DNA of 64,000 nt from positions 65,934 through 129,933 of the forward strand of contig PGXV01000007.1 in the NCBI GenBank assembly GCA_002839315.1, read 5' to 3'. The translations under genes and the position numbers were made by a program. Numbering within the stretch: the first letter of the stretch is position 1; every line of letters begins with the position of its first letter. The notes under the pieces are model-generated. The model searched no databases. It was not told where the DNA came from and saw only the letters and a program-made list of their open reading frames with translations. Source of the stretch: Spirochaetae bacterium HGW-Spirochaetae-3 (GTDB lineage Bacteria; Spirochaetota; Spirochaetia; Treponematales; UBA12059). Positions 37,712 to 46,473 of the stretch are shown piece after piece.

Positions 37712-37827
37712 GATGAGCAGAGTGATCGTAGGTCGCCTGTGACCCGGACGGTATGCTATATTCCATACTGGTAAGGCTCTCGTCAGCGGAACCCGCATCC
37801 ATCTTCTGTCTTCGGGAAGGTAGGCTT

Positions 37828-39639
37828 ATGAAACATCGGCTGTTATCGAACATGACTATCCTCGTAAAGCTCGCCATGCTTACGCTCGTTGTCGTGGTAG
37901 CGTTCATCGTATTTTTCATGTTCAGCCGTTCCACGTTCGCGCATCTTTCTGAATCGATACGGGATATGCAGGCTACCAACTCGGCCCTCACGCAGATCGC
38001 CAAGCAGCAGTCGACGCTCGCCTACGAGGCGCAGGTATCGCTGTACAAGGCTATCAACTATGGCGCCCAGCACTATTCCAGGGCCGAGACGTCGGCGTTG
38101 GTCGAGCTGGTCAAGGCGTCGCTTAAGAGCGGGGTAGCCATGTCCAAGGATATGGCTACGTTCCCCGGGTTGAGCGAGGACGAGGTTTCCGCGGCGCTCG
38201 CCGCTCAGGCCGCGTTCGACGAATACTATAAGTACGCCCGAAACGCCTTGGGGTTCATACTGGACGATCCGGCGCTGGCGCTTTCGGCTATGCCCGAGGT
38301 CGAGTCGACCTTCTCTACGGTTTCCAGCTCGCTTTCGATGCTCGACCTGACCATCGCCACGGCGACTTCGAGATCGTTCGATACGGTACAGGCCGAAGCG
38401 GACCGCCTGGTCGGAGTGCTGCTGGCCGTCGGCTTGGCCGCGATCGCCATAGTCGTGGGGTTCTCGGTCGTCATCGTCCGGTCCATCACGGTGCCGATAA
38501 AGACGCTCGTCCGGGTGCTCGGCATAGCCGGCACGGGCGATTTCATGGTATCGACGCAGCTCGCCGGGAACGACGAGATGGGCAGGATGGGCTCTGGCAT
38601 CGACGAGTTGATAAAAGAGATGCGGTCGCTCATCGGAACCGTCAAGGAAAAGGTGGCCGCCCTCGAGAAGACGGGGCGCGACCTGTCGGCGAACATGGAG
38701 GAGACGGCCTCGGCGGTCATCCAGATCAACTCGAACATATCGAGCACCAAGGGTCAGCTCGCCGAGCAGTCGGACTCCGTCGGCGAGGTGTCGGCCGCGA
38801 TGGAGCAGCTGGCGCGGGGCGTGGAGTCGCTGTCGTCGCTGATTTCGACGCAGTCGCAGGTCGTCGTCCAGTCGTCGGCCTCGGTCGAGCAGATGATAGC
38901 CAACGTGGAATCGGTAGCGCAGTCGTCGGCGACAGCCGCGGCCGCCAGCGACGAGCTGGTCGGGGCGAGCACGGAAGGCAAGCAGCGGATCGACCAGGTC
39001 GGGGATTCGGTCCGGGACATCGTCCACGACTCGGAGGCGCTGAACGAGGCCGCTGACGTGATAGCGCAGATCGCGAGCCGCACCAACCTCCTGGCGATGA
39101 ACGCGGCGATCGAGGCCGCGCACGCGGGCGACTCGGGCCGCGGCTTCGCGGTCGTGGCAGACGAGATACGCAAGCTGGCCGAGCAGTCGACGGAGCAGGC
39201 GAAGGACATATCCGCCGGGCTCGGCAAGGTCGCCGCCGCGATAGGGACGGTGCGAATCGCGGCCGACTATGCCGTCGACGCGTTCGGTACGGTGCTGTCG
39301 CGCTCCGAGTCGCTCGGCGGCGAGGTGCGGCGTATCAGCGCCTCCATGTCGGAGCAGCGAGAGGGCGGCCGCCAGCTACTCGAGGGTCTGTCGCGGCTCA
39401 AGGACATAACCGGGCAGATAGCGGCGGGATCCGACGAGATGACGGGCGGCAACGGCGCCATCCTGACGCAGATATCCCGCCTCAACGCGGTAAACGGGTC
39501 GGTAGTACGCAATAACGACGAGATCAACACGGGCACCCGGGAGATAAACGAGGCGATCATGGCGACGACGGAGCTGTCGTCGAGGACGGCCGAGCTGATC
39601 GCCGACGTCAAGGAGGCGGCCGACCGGTTCGCCGTATAG
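37828..39639 (+). CDS. Methyl-accepting chemotaxis protein
   Basis: Trimmed to ATG 37828, which follows GGAAGGTAGG. It has two TM segments and a HAMP domain. [37 protein letters not shown] is the highly conserved signalling hairpin. Confidence 0.92.
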   Translation: MKHRLLSNMTILVKLAMLTLVVVVAFIVFFMFSRSTFAHLSESIRDMQATNSALTQIAKQQSTLAYEAQVSLYKAINYGAQHYSRAETSALVELVKASLKSGVAMSKDMATFPGLSEDEVSAALAAQAAFDEYYKYARNALGFILDDPALALSAMPEVESTFSTVSSSLSMLDLTIATATSRSFDTVQAEADRLVGVLLAVGLAAIAIVVGFSVVIVRSITVPIKTLVRVLGIAGTGDFMVSTQLAGNDEMGRMGSGIDELIKEMRSLIGTVKEKVAALEKTGRDLSANMEETASAVIQINSNISSTKGQLAEQSDSVGEVSAAMEQLARGVESLSSLISTQSQVVVQSSASVEQMIANVESVAQSSATAAAASDELVGASTEGKQRIDQVGDSVRDIVHDSEALNEAADVIAQIASRTNLLAMNAAIEAAHAGDSGRGFAVVADEIRKLAEQSTEQAKDISAGLGKVAAAIGTVRIAADYAVDAFGTVLSRSESLGGEVRRISASMSEQREGGRQLLEGLSRLKDITGQIAAGSDEMTGGNGAILTQISRLNAVNGSVVRNNDEINTGTREINEAIMATTELSSRTAELIADVKEAADRFAV

Positions 39640-39659
39640 GCGTCGCCGGCCGGCGTCCG

Positions 39660-40202
39660 TCAGCTCTTCCGCTTCGTGAAGCCCATGATCAGCCCGAGCG
39701 CGACGGACCAGAGCGCCGCGAGCCCTATCTGATACTCGTAGGGCAGGGCGAAGGTAATCGTATGCGCCGGCGCCCAGAACCAGGCCAGGGTCGCGAGGCT
39801 CCTCTCTATGCCCTTGTAGCCGTGGGTCCGCGAGATGAGGTTGTCCGTCGTCCGGTGCAGGAACATGAGGAGCGGGCCGAACATGGAGTTCGTCAGGACG
39901 GAGAGCGATAGCGCCCTCAGAATCGTAATCTCCTCGAAGGCCTCGGGCAGGAATCCCTTGTCGACCAGAGCGGCGAGGAAACCCTTGTAACCCGTGAAGC
40001 TGTACTTTACCAGTATTCCCAGGATACCCCAGACGACGGCCTTGGCCAGCCACGCGAAGGCGTTGGCCGAGGAGCGCCGCCCGGACGCGCGCTTTCCTGA
40101 AGCGACGACGCCCAGGGCCTCGCCGAGGCTACCGAGTACGGCGAACTGTATGAACGCCGAGAGTAGCAGGTTGTTCGACACCCAAGAGACGTACCACTCC
40201 AT
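39660..40202 (-). CDS. Small polytopic membrane protein, unknown function
   Basis: 180 aa with about 4 hydrophobic helices and a GGGGAGG RBS. I recognise no family. Confidence 0.6.
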   Translation of the reverse strand: MEWYVSWVSNNLLLSAFIQFAVLGSLGEALGVVASGKRASGRRSSANAFAWLAKAVVWGILGILVKYSFTGYKGFLAALVDKGFLPEAFEEITILRALSLSVLTNSMFGPLLMFLHRTTDNLISRTHGYKGIERSLATLAWFWAPAHTITFALPYEYQIGLAALWSVALGLIMGFTKRKS

Positions 40203-40251
40203 AGAAGGCCTCCCCGAAGACCTGAGTATAGCCGTCGCCGGCCGCGCGATG

Positions 40252-40878
40252 CTAGGTAACCGGGCGTTTCTGCTCGCCGAGGCGCGATTCCGTCCCTGCC
40301 GCCAGCCTCCCTATGTTCTTCCGGTGCATGACGACGACCAGGGCCGCCGCCGCCACGAAGAACCAGAAGAGCCTCGCGGAGAACGCCTCTCCTCGGTATA
40401 GCCCGGCGTACGCCGCGGGCAGCGCGATCGCCGCGGCTATGGAGCCCAGCGATACGTACCTGGCGAGGACTACCGCGACGATGAAGAGAGCGAGGCACGC
40501 GACGGCGGCCTTCGGAGCCAGCGCGGCGACGACGGCGGCGCCCGTGGCCACGCCCTTCCCTCCCTTGAAACGCAGCCACGCGGGGAATACATGCCCGAGG
40601 ATGCATGCCGTGCCGGCTACGATCCTGGCGGTGGGGAGAGCGTCCGGGGCTCTCGCCGCGAGCGGCGCCAGCGCGAGTACGGATAGCGCGCCCTTGCCGG
40701 CGTCGACGGCGAGGACGGCGATCGCTACGGCCGGTCCGAGTACGCGCAGCGCGTTAGTCGCTCCCGAATTCCCCGATCCGACCTGCCTGATATCGAGGCC
40801 TCGGACCTTGCCGGCGAGGAACGCCGTAGGAATCGATCCGATAAGGTAGGCTAGTACCGCTATGACGATGAATTCCAT
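40252..40878 (-). CDS. plsY: Acyl-phosphate:glycerol-3-phosphate acyltransferase
   Basis: AYLIGSIPTAFLAGKVRGLDIRQVGSGNSGATNALRVLG and FKGGKGVAT are PlsY signature motifs. Confidence 0.92.
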   Translation of the reverse strand: MEFIVIAVLAYLIGSIPTAFLAGKVRGLDIRQVGSGNSGATNALRVLGPAVAIAVLAVDAGKGALSVLALAPLAARAPDALPTARIVAGTACILGHVFPAWLRFKGGKGVATGAAVVAALAPKAAVACLALFIVAVVLARYVSLGSIAAAIALPAAYAGLYRGEAFSARLFWFFVAAAALVVVMHRKNIGRLAAGTESRLGEQKRPVT

Positions 40879-41004
40879 GGCGCCTCCGTTCCTTATCGAC
40901 TATACCTTAATAATACGGCGCGGGCTAATCGACTATGTCGGGGCATAGTAATATCCGTATATTAGATCTTCGATAGACGAGACGGAGAAGGAGGGCGCTT
41001 GTCG

Positions 41005-42795
41005 ATGACGGTACTCGACGGATACCAGCTGTACGGCTTCTTCCGAGCCGGCTCGCGGAGAGTGGGCGAGTCAAGGAAACGCCTCGACGAGATCAACGTC
41101 TTTCCCGTTCCCGACGGGGATACCGGAACCAATCTTTCGTCCACCCTCGCGGCGGCGCTCGCGTCTACCGTGCCCGAGGCTTCCGTTTCCTCGACGCTCG
41201 GGGCGCTGGCGGACGCCGTCATGATATCCGCGCGTGGTAATTCCGGCGTTATCTTCGCTCAGTTCGTTTCGGGATTGAGCGAGGGAGTGGCTTCCACGGA
41301 GCTCCGAACCCGTGATTTCGCCGCCGCGGTACGGCGCGCGTACGAACGGGCCAAGGCCGCGATCACCGATCCGCGGGATGGCACGATGCTGTCGGTCATC
41401 GAGGATTGGGCGATATCGCTAGCGCGTAGCGCCCATGAGTTACCTAATTTCATCGAGCTGATAGGCGCCACCCGCGAGGATCTACGCCGGTCCCTGTACT
41501 CAACGACGGAGCGTCTCGCGGAGCTGAAGGCCGCGGGCGTGGTAGACGCCGGCGCCGCTGGTTTCGTCGAGTTCGTCGAGGGCGGCCACGATTTCCTTAC
41601 TACGGGAGGAGCCTGGGACGACGAAGGATACGAACTCCCGGCCGTAGGGGAACGTGCCGCGGCCGAGGCGTCTCCCGATCATTGCGCTTCGTCGCCGCCA
41701 CGATTGCGCTATTGCGCCGAGGCCATGGTCGAAGGCTCGGCCCTGGACGTCGAGGCCGTCCGGGGCGCGCTGGCCGGAGCGGGCGACAGCCTGATAGTCG
41801 CCCGCGGCAGGAGCCGCGTAAGGATCCACGTGCATACCGACGATCCCGAGGACGTCATGGCCGACCTATCCCGTTTCGGCGCGGTGTCGGGACAGAAGGT
41901 CGACGATATGCGCCTGCAATACGCCGACGCGCACGACCGCGTCTCCCGGACGGCCATCGTAACCGACACCGCCTGCGACCTGCCGGATGAATTGATGGAA
42001 CGCCATCGCGTCCACGCCGTGCCATTGTTGCTGTCCGCCGGAGGTAGCGAATACCTCGACAAGCTGACGCTATCGTCCGAGAGCCTCGGTCGCGTCGCCG
42101 AGGGCGAGGGCGCGTTCCCGAAGACCTCCCAGCCCCCCGCCCACTTCTTCTCGAGGCTGTACGCGTATCTCGGCGGATACTACGACGACGTCATCGCGCT
42201 ACACCTGCCCGCCGCCCTGTCGGGCACCTGCGAGGCCAGCAGGCGGGAGGCGAGCTCGGCGAATCGGGCGGGCGGGCACGTGCGCGTCATCGATTCCAGG
42301 CACTTGTCCGGTTCCCTCGGCCTCGTCGTGCTGCGCGCGGCCGAGGCGGCCGAGGCCGGAGCCTCCGCCGACGAGATAGCGGAGGCCGCGCCGCTATGGT
42401 CGGCCAAGGCCCGTATCCTCGTATCGGTGACCAGCCTGCGGTACATGGTGAAGGGCGGGCGGGTCAGCCCGCTCAAGGGGCTCCTCGCCAAGGCGCTCAA
42501 CCTCAAGCCTATCGTATCGGTGGACGGAGCGGGCAAGTCGTCGCTGTACGGGAAGTCGTTCTCCGAGAAGGCTAACCTGCGCAAGCTCGTCGTGATGGCC
42601 GCCGAGATCCATCGCCGCGAGCCGCTACGCTACTACGCGGTCGGCCATTCAGCCGCGCCCGAAAAGGCGGCGGCGCTCGCCGCGGAACTCGAGAGGACGC
42701 TGGGTTTCCCGCCGCTGTTCATTACCGGTATATCGTCGGTCGTCGCGCTCAACGCGGGGCCGGGCGCGGTGTCCGTCGTTACGATGAGCGAATAG
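41005..42795 (+). CDS. Dak2 (FakA-like N-terminal + middle region) fused to a DegV (FakB-like) fatty-acid-binding domain
   Basis: ATG 41005 follows GAAGGAGG. The N-terminus FPVPDGDTGTNLSSTL is a Dak2/DhaL motif. The middle region RYCAEAMVEG...GDSLIVARGRSRVRIHVHTDDP resembles the YloV/FakA central region. The C-terminus AIVTDTACDLP...KTSQP...LSGTCEAS...VIDSRHLSGSLG...RYMVKGGRVSP...LNLKPIV...GPGAVSV carries full DegV signatures. Confidence 0.85.
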   Translation: MTVLDGYQLYGFFRAGSRRVGESRKRLDEINVFPVPDGDTGTNLSSTLAAALASTVPEASVSSTLGALADAVMISARGNSGVIFAQFVSGLSEGVASTELRTRDFAAAVRRAYERAKAAITDPRDGTMLSVIEDWAISLARSAHELPNFIELIGATREDLRRSLYSTTERLAELKAAGVVDAGAAGFVEFVEGGHDFLTTGGAWDDEGYELPAVGERAAAEASPDHCASSPPRLRYCAEAMVEGSALDVEAVRGALAGAGDSLIVARGRSRVRIHVHTDDPEDVMADLSRFGAVSGQKVDDMRLQYADAHDRVSRTAIVTDTACDLPDELMERHRVHAVPLLLSAGGSEYLDKLTLSSESLGRVAEGEGAFPKTSQPPAHFFSRLYAYLGGYYDDVIALHLPAALSGTCEASRREASSANRAGGHVRVIDSRHLSGSLGLVVLRAAEAAEAGASADEIAEAAPLWSAKARILVSVTSLRYMVKGGRVSPLKGLLAKALNLKPIVSVDGAGKSSLYGKSFSEKANLRKLVVMAAEIHRREPLRYYAVGHSAAPEKAAALAAELERTLGFPPLFITGISSVVALNAGPGAVSVVTMSE

Positions 42796-43561
42796 CGGGC
42801 CTGCGGGGCAAGGGAACGAAGACGCTGGTCTGGCGCTTGTATTCGACATAGGCCGGATCGGCGCCGTACTTCGCGTCGGCTGATTTCTCCAGGAGCGGTA
42901 TGCCGCTGATGAAGAGGAGCAGGACGGTGATGAAGGCGGGCCCGAGCGCGGCCAGCCAGAGCGCGCCCCTCAGGGTAGGCGCCACGTAGACGAACAGCCC
43001 CCACCAGAGCAGCGATTCGCCGAAATAGTTAGGATGGCGCGAGTACTTCCAGAGGCCGCTCGCGATGAAGCCGGCGTTCCCCGCCTTCTTGAACGCCGAC
43101 TTCTGCGCGTCGGCGACCACTTCGAAGGCGAAGCCGGCGAGCCACACGGCCGCTCCCGTCAGCTGGAACGCACCGAAGACGCGGAGCCTCTCGGCGGCCG
43201 CTACCGCGGACGAGACCGGTAGCAGGATGACCGCCACGGCGACCGCCTGTAGTATCCAGAACCTGGCGAATTTTAACGGGTTCTCCCGCATGCCGTCGAA
43301 TCGATGGTCTACCTTGGTAGCGCGTATGCGGCCGAACAGGTACGCGCCGAGCCTGACCGCCCAGACGACCGTGAGCGCCGCCGGCACCAGCGCGACGATT
43401 CCCGACGCCCGGCCCGACGCCAGGAAGGTCGCCGCCACGAGGGCGAACGACAGGCTGTACGACAGGTCGGTGACGACGTCCGTCTTCTTGGCCGCGGCGT
43501 ACGCGAAGAACGCTCCGTTGACCGCGACCGCCGCGACCGCCGATAGCAGGAATGGGTTCAT
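42779..43561 (-). CDS. DUF1295 / steroid 5-alpha-reductase-like membrane protein
   Basis: SGLWKYSRHPNYFGESLLWWGLFV. The protein is polytopic, and its 3' end overlaps the convergent DegV-fusion gene by 17 nt. Confidence 0.8.
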   Translation of the reverse strand: MNPFLLSAVAAVAVNGAFFAYAAAKKTDVVTDLSYSLSFALVAATFLASGRASGIVALVPAALTVVWAVRLGAYLFGRIRATKVDHRFDGMRENPLKFARFWILQAVAVAVILLPVSSAVAAAERLRVFGAFQLTGAAVWLAGFAFEVVADAQKSAFKKAGNAGFIASGLWKYSRHPNYFGESLLWWGLFVYVAPTLRGALWLAALGPAFITVLLLFISGIPLLEKSADAKYGADPAYVEYKRQTSVFVPLPRRPAIRSS

Positions 43562-43624
43562 GGCGCCTCCTTGCGGGTTACGCTATAAGGATCGTCGATG
43601 CGGGTCGCCGGGTCAAACCGCGTC

Positions 43625-43651
43625 GCCGTCTTCGGCATGGGCGAAGACGGC
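43625..43651 (-). terminator. Perfect 10-bp GC-rich hairpin 23 nt downstream of the fdhA stop (weak U-tract)
   Basis: GCCGTCTTCG-gcatggg-CGAAGACGGC, read directly. Only TTT follows on the transcribed strand. Confidence 0.45.
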
Positions 43652-43673
43652 CATACGGTATGATCGGCCTCGT

Positions 43674-46463
43674 CTAGGCTGGCTCCACCCGCACCGCGCT
43701 CAGCTTCAGGGGCGCGATGCGGCTGGACGGGTCGAGCACGTCGCGCGTCAGCCTGTTGACGAGCGCGTCGGGGAAATGGAACGGCATGAAGCATTCTCCG
43801 GGCGTCACGCCGTCGTCCACCCTGAGCGTCGTCTTAAGCTCGCCGCGGCGGGAGCGTACGCGGACGCGCGAGCCGTCGGTTAGCCCGTAGCGCAGCGCGT
43901 CGTCCGTATGCACGAGGATGTACGAGTCCTTCGCGTACGCGGACAAGGGCGCGCTGCGGAGGCTCATCGTCGACGAATGGTACTGGTACAGGATGCGCCC
44001 GGTATTGAGCAGCAGCGGGTACTCGCCGTCGGTCTCCTCGGCGCCCGACGCGTAGGCGACCGGCGTTATCCTGGCCAGGCCGTCGGGCGTGTTGAAGCGC
44101 TCCAGGAACAGCGTCCGCTGCCCGGGGCTCTTCGAGTCCGGGCAGGGCCACTGGATGCCGCCCGATTCGAGGCGTCCGTACGATACGCCCGCGACGATCG
44201 GCGCCGCCGCGGCTATCTCGTCCCATATCGACGACGCCGAGGGGTAGGGCGCCGACGAGCCGTACGGGCCTATCGGCCGGCGCATGCGCCTGGCTATCTC
44301 CTGGATTATCCACGCGTCGTCGCGCGCCAGGCCCGGGGCCGTCACGGCCTCGCGTACCCTGAGTACCCTCCGGTCGGAGTTGGTGAACGTCCCGTCCTTC
44401 TCCGCGAAGCAGGCCGCGGGCAGCACGACGTCGGCCCTCATCGCCGTCGGCGTCATGAAGATGTCCTGGACCACCAGGAAGTCGAGCGCCCGGACAGACT
44501 CCTCGACGTGGTTGAGGTTGGGGTCGGTATGCAGCGGGTTCTCCCCCATGACGTAGAGCCCGCGGATCCCGCCTTCGCCGGCGGCGTGCATGATCTCTAC
44601 CGTCGACAGGCCCTTGGCCCCGGGGAGCTCGGCGACCGGGTAGCCCCAGAGCGCCGCTACGCGCGTCCGATTGGCGAGGTCGGAGGCGGGGACGTATCCG
44701 GGGTAGAATATGGGGGAGGCGCCGACGTCGGTGGCGCCCTGCACGTTGTTCTGTCCGCGCGGCGGGCTGATGCCGGCGCCTTCCCTGCCGACCTGGCCCG
44801 TGACCAGCATCAGGTTGATGAGCGCGAATACGTTGTTGGTGCCGATAGACTGCTGGCTCATGCCCATGCCGGTCGCGATGATCGAGGAGTCGGCCGTAGC
44901 GTAGAGCCGCGTCGCCTCGAGCAGCGGATCGCCGGGAACGCCGCATATACGCTCCACTTCGGCCCGATCGTACGGCTCGACCGCCCGCTTGAGCGTCTCG
45001 AGGCTCTCGAGCCCGCCGGAGACTCGCCGGGCTATGAAGTCCTTGTCGATCCATCCCTCCTCTATGGCTATCCTCGCCATGCCGTTGAGCAGGGCCACGT
45101 CGGTGCCGAGCCTGGGTTGGAGCCATACGTCCGCGAGGTTCGCGAGCGGGGTCCAGCGAGGGTCGACGACGACCAGTCGGCCGCCTCGGGACAGGCCGCG
45201 CTTCAGGTAGGTAGCGGTAACTGGATGCGTCTCTATCATGTTGTTGCCGATTACGAGCGCGCAGCCGACGCTCTCGTAATCCTCTATGGAGTTCGTCGCG
45301 GCTCCGTCGCCGAGCGCCTTGAGCATGGCCGTCACCGTGGACGCGTGGCACAGTCGCGTGCAGTAGTCCAGGTTGTTCGTCCCGAAGGCCACGCGGACGA
45401 ATTTCTGGAACAGGTAGTTCTCCTCGTTGGTGCATTTCGCCGACGAGTATCCGGCGAGCGCGTCCGGTCCGTACCGTTCCTTGATCGACAGGAACCCGGC
45501 GGCGGCCGCGTCGAGGGCCTCGTCCCAGCTCGCCTCGCGGAAGGCGCCGCCCTCCCTTATAAGCGGCGCCGTCAGGCGCTCGGCGCTGTCGACGAAATCA
45601 TAGCCGAAGCGTCCCTTGACGCAGAGCCGGCCGTCGTTCGGCAGGACGCCCTCGACGCCGTCCGCGCGTACGATGCGGCCGTCCAGCACGGTAAGCGAAA
45701 GCTGGCATCCGACGCCGCAGTACGCGCAGGTGGTTCGAACCTTCGATCGGGCGTCGGGGGGGCTCGAGTATAGCCCCGCTCCGGCTATGGCGGCCCTGTT
45801 GGGCCTCTCCACGAGGGCCCCGGTGGGGCAGAGCTGGACGCATTCCCCGCAGCCGTCGCATTCGGAACCGCCCCAGCCGTCCATACCGGCCGCGATATAC
45901 GAATGTATTCCCCGTTCCATCACGCCGATGACGCCCTTGCCCTGCACCTCGTCGCAGGCCCGCACGCAGCGGAAGCACTTGACGCACTTGGACGGGTCGA
46001 AGCTGAGGACGGGCGAGCTGTCGTCGACGCGGCATGGACCCGTCGACGTCAACGGAAGTCCCATCGTCTCTGCGGGCGGTCGGGGCGGCGCGACGGCATC
46101 CGCCAGGCCGTAGCGGACGCATAGCTCGGCGAATTCGTCTCGATGCGACCCGTCCGTGCCGAATCCCGTCTCGGTCATCAGCGAAGCGAGGATGAAGCGG
46201 CGCTCTTCCTCCAGCTCGTCGTCGAACGCGGTGACGTTCATCCCGTCCTCGACCCTGGTCGAGCACGACGTGACGAGGCCGCGCATGCCCTCTACCTTGA
46301 CGATGCACAGGCGGCACGCGCCGGTCGGGCTCAGCTTGCGGTGCCAGCACAGGCTCGGCACGTCGAAGCCCGCGCCCCTGGCGACCTCGAGGAGTATCAT
46401 GCCGGGCTCGGCGCTGACCGCCTCGCCGTCTATGGTAACGCGGATCCTGTCGTTCGCCATCAT
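43674..46463 (-). CDS. fdhA: NAD-linked formate dehydrogenase alpha subunit (2Fe-2S + 4Fe-4S clusters + molybdopterin domain), Cys type
   Basis: 929 aa. The N-terminus TIDGEAV...SLCWHRKLSPTGACRLCIVKVEG carries the ferredoxin cluster, followed by CVKCFRCVRAC and CDGCGECVQLCPTGAL. The MopB region has TTCAYCGVGC and YCTRLCHAST, with Cys where Sec-type enzymes have U. There is no in-frame TGA. Confidence 0.92.
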   Translation of the reverse strand: MMANDRIRVTIDGEAVSAEPGMILLEVARGAGFDVPSLCWHRKLSPTGACRLCIVKVEGMRGLVTSCSTRVEDGMNVTAFDDELEEERRFILASLMTETGFGTDGSHRDEFAELCVRYGLADAVAPPRPPAETMGLPLTSTGPCRVDDSSPVLSFDPSKCVKCFRCVRACDEVQGKGVIGVMERGIHSYIAAGMDGWGGSECDGCGECVQLCPTGALVERPNRAAIAGAGLYSSPPDARSKVRTTCAYCGVGCQLSLTVLDGRIVRADGVEGVLPNDGRLCVKGRFGYDFVDSAERLTAPLIREGGAFREASWDEALDAAAAGFLSIKERYGPDALAGYSSAKCTNEENYLFQKFVRVAFGTNNLDYCTRLCHASTVTAMLKALGDGAATNSIEDYESVGCALVIGNNMIETHPVTATYLKRGLSRGGRLVVVDPRWTPLANLADVWLQPRLGTDVALLNGMARIAIEEGWIDKDFIARRVSGGLESLETLKRAVEPYDRAEVERICGVPGDPLLEATRLYATADSSIIATGMGMSQQSIGTNNVFALINLMLVTGQVGREGAGISPPRGQNNVQGATDVGASPIFYPGYVPASDLANRTRVAALWGYPVAELPGAKGLSTVEIMHAAGEGGIRGLYVMGENPLHTDPNLNHVEESVRALDFLVVQDIFMTPTAMRADVVLPAACFAEKDGTFTNSDRRVLRVREAVTAPGLARDDAWIIQEIARRMRRPIGPYGSSAPYPSASSIWDEIAAAAPIVAGVSYGRLESGGIQWPCPDSKSPGQRTLFLERFNTPDGLARITPVAYASGAEETDGEYPLLLNTGRILYQYHSSTMSLRSAPLSAYAKDSYILVHTDDALRYGLTDGSRVRVRSRRGELKTTLRVDDGVTPGECFMPFHFPDALVNRLTRDVLDPSSRIAPLKLSAVRVEPA

Positions 46464-46473
46464 TCCGTCCCCT

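Noticed and set aside
39643-39654. Palindrome CGCCGGCCGGCG between the convergent MCP and membrane-protein genes as a bidirectional terminator.
   Set aside because: It has no loop, which allows at most a 4-bp stem, and there is no U-tract on either strand. It is probably a compositional palindrome.
43834-45773. Very long track ORFs overlapping annotated genes on the opposite strand or in other frames. Examples are 43834-45435, 43908-45773, 60347-61981, 59389-60882, 37843-39123, 36707-37798, 46741-48291, 52263-53414, 31814-32788, 31978-32835, 11476-12378, 16580-17479, 17741-18802, 14416-15402, 19084-19942 and 33984-35099.
   Set aside because: Their translations are monotonous Arg/Gly/Pro/Ala-rich strings without motifs. 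In each case a different frame or strand gives a protein with unambiguous family signatures. This is the usual shadow-ORF artefact of GC-rich DNA, where stop codons are rare off-frame.
43674-46463. Selenocysteine recoding in the formate dehydrogenase alpha subunit.
   Set aside because: The ORF is uninterrupted and the active-site position is encoded as Cys (RLCHAST). There is no in-frame TGA and no need for a SECIS element.
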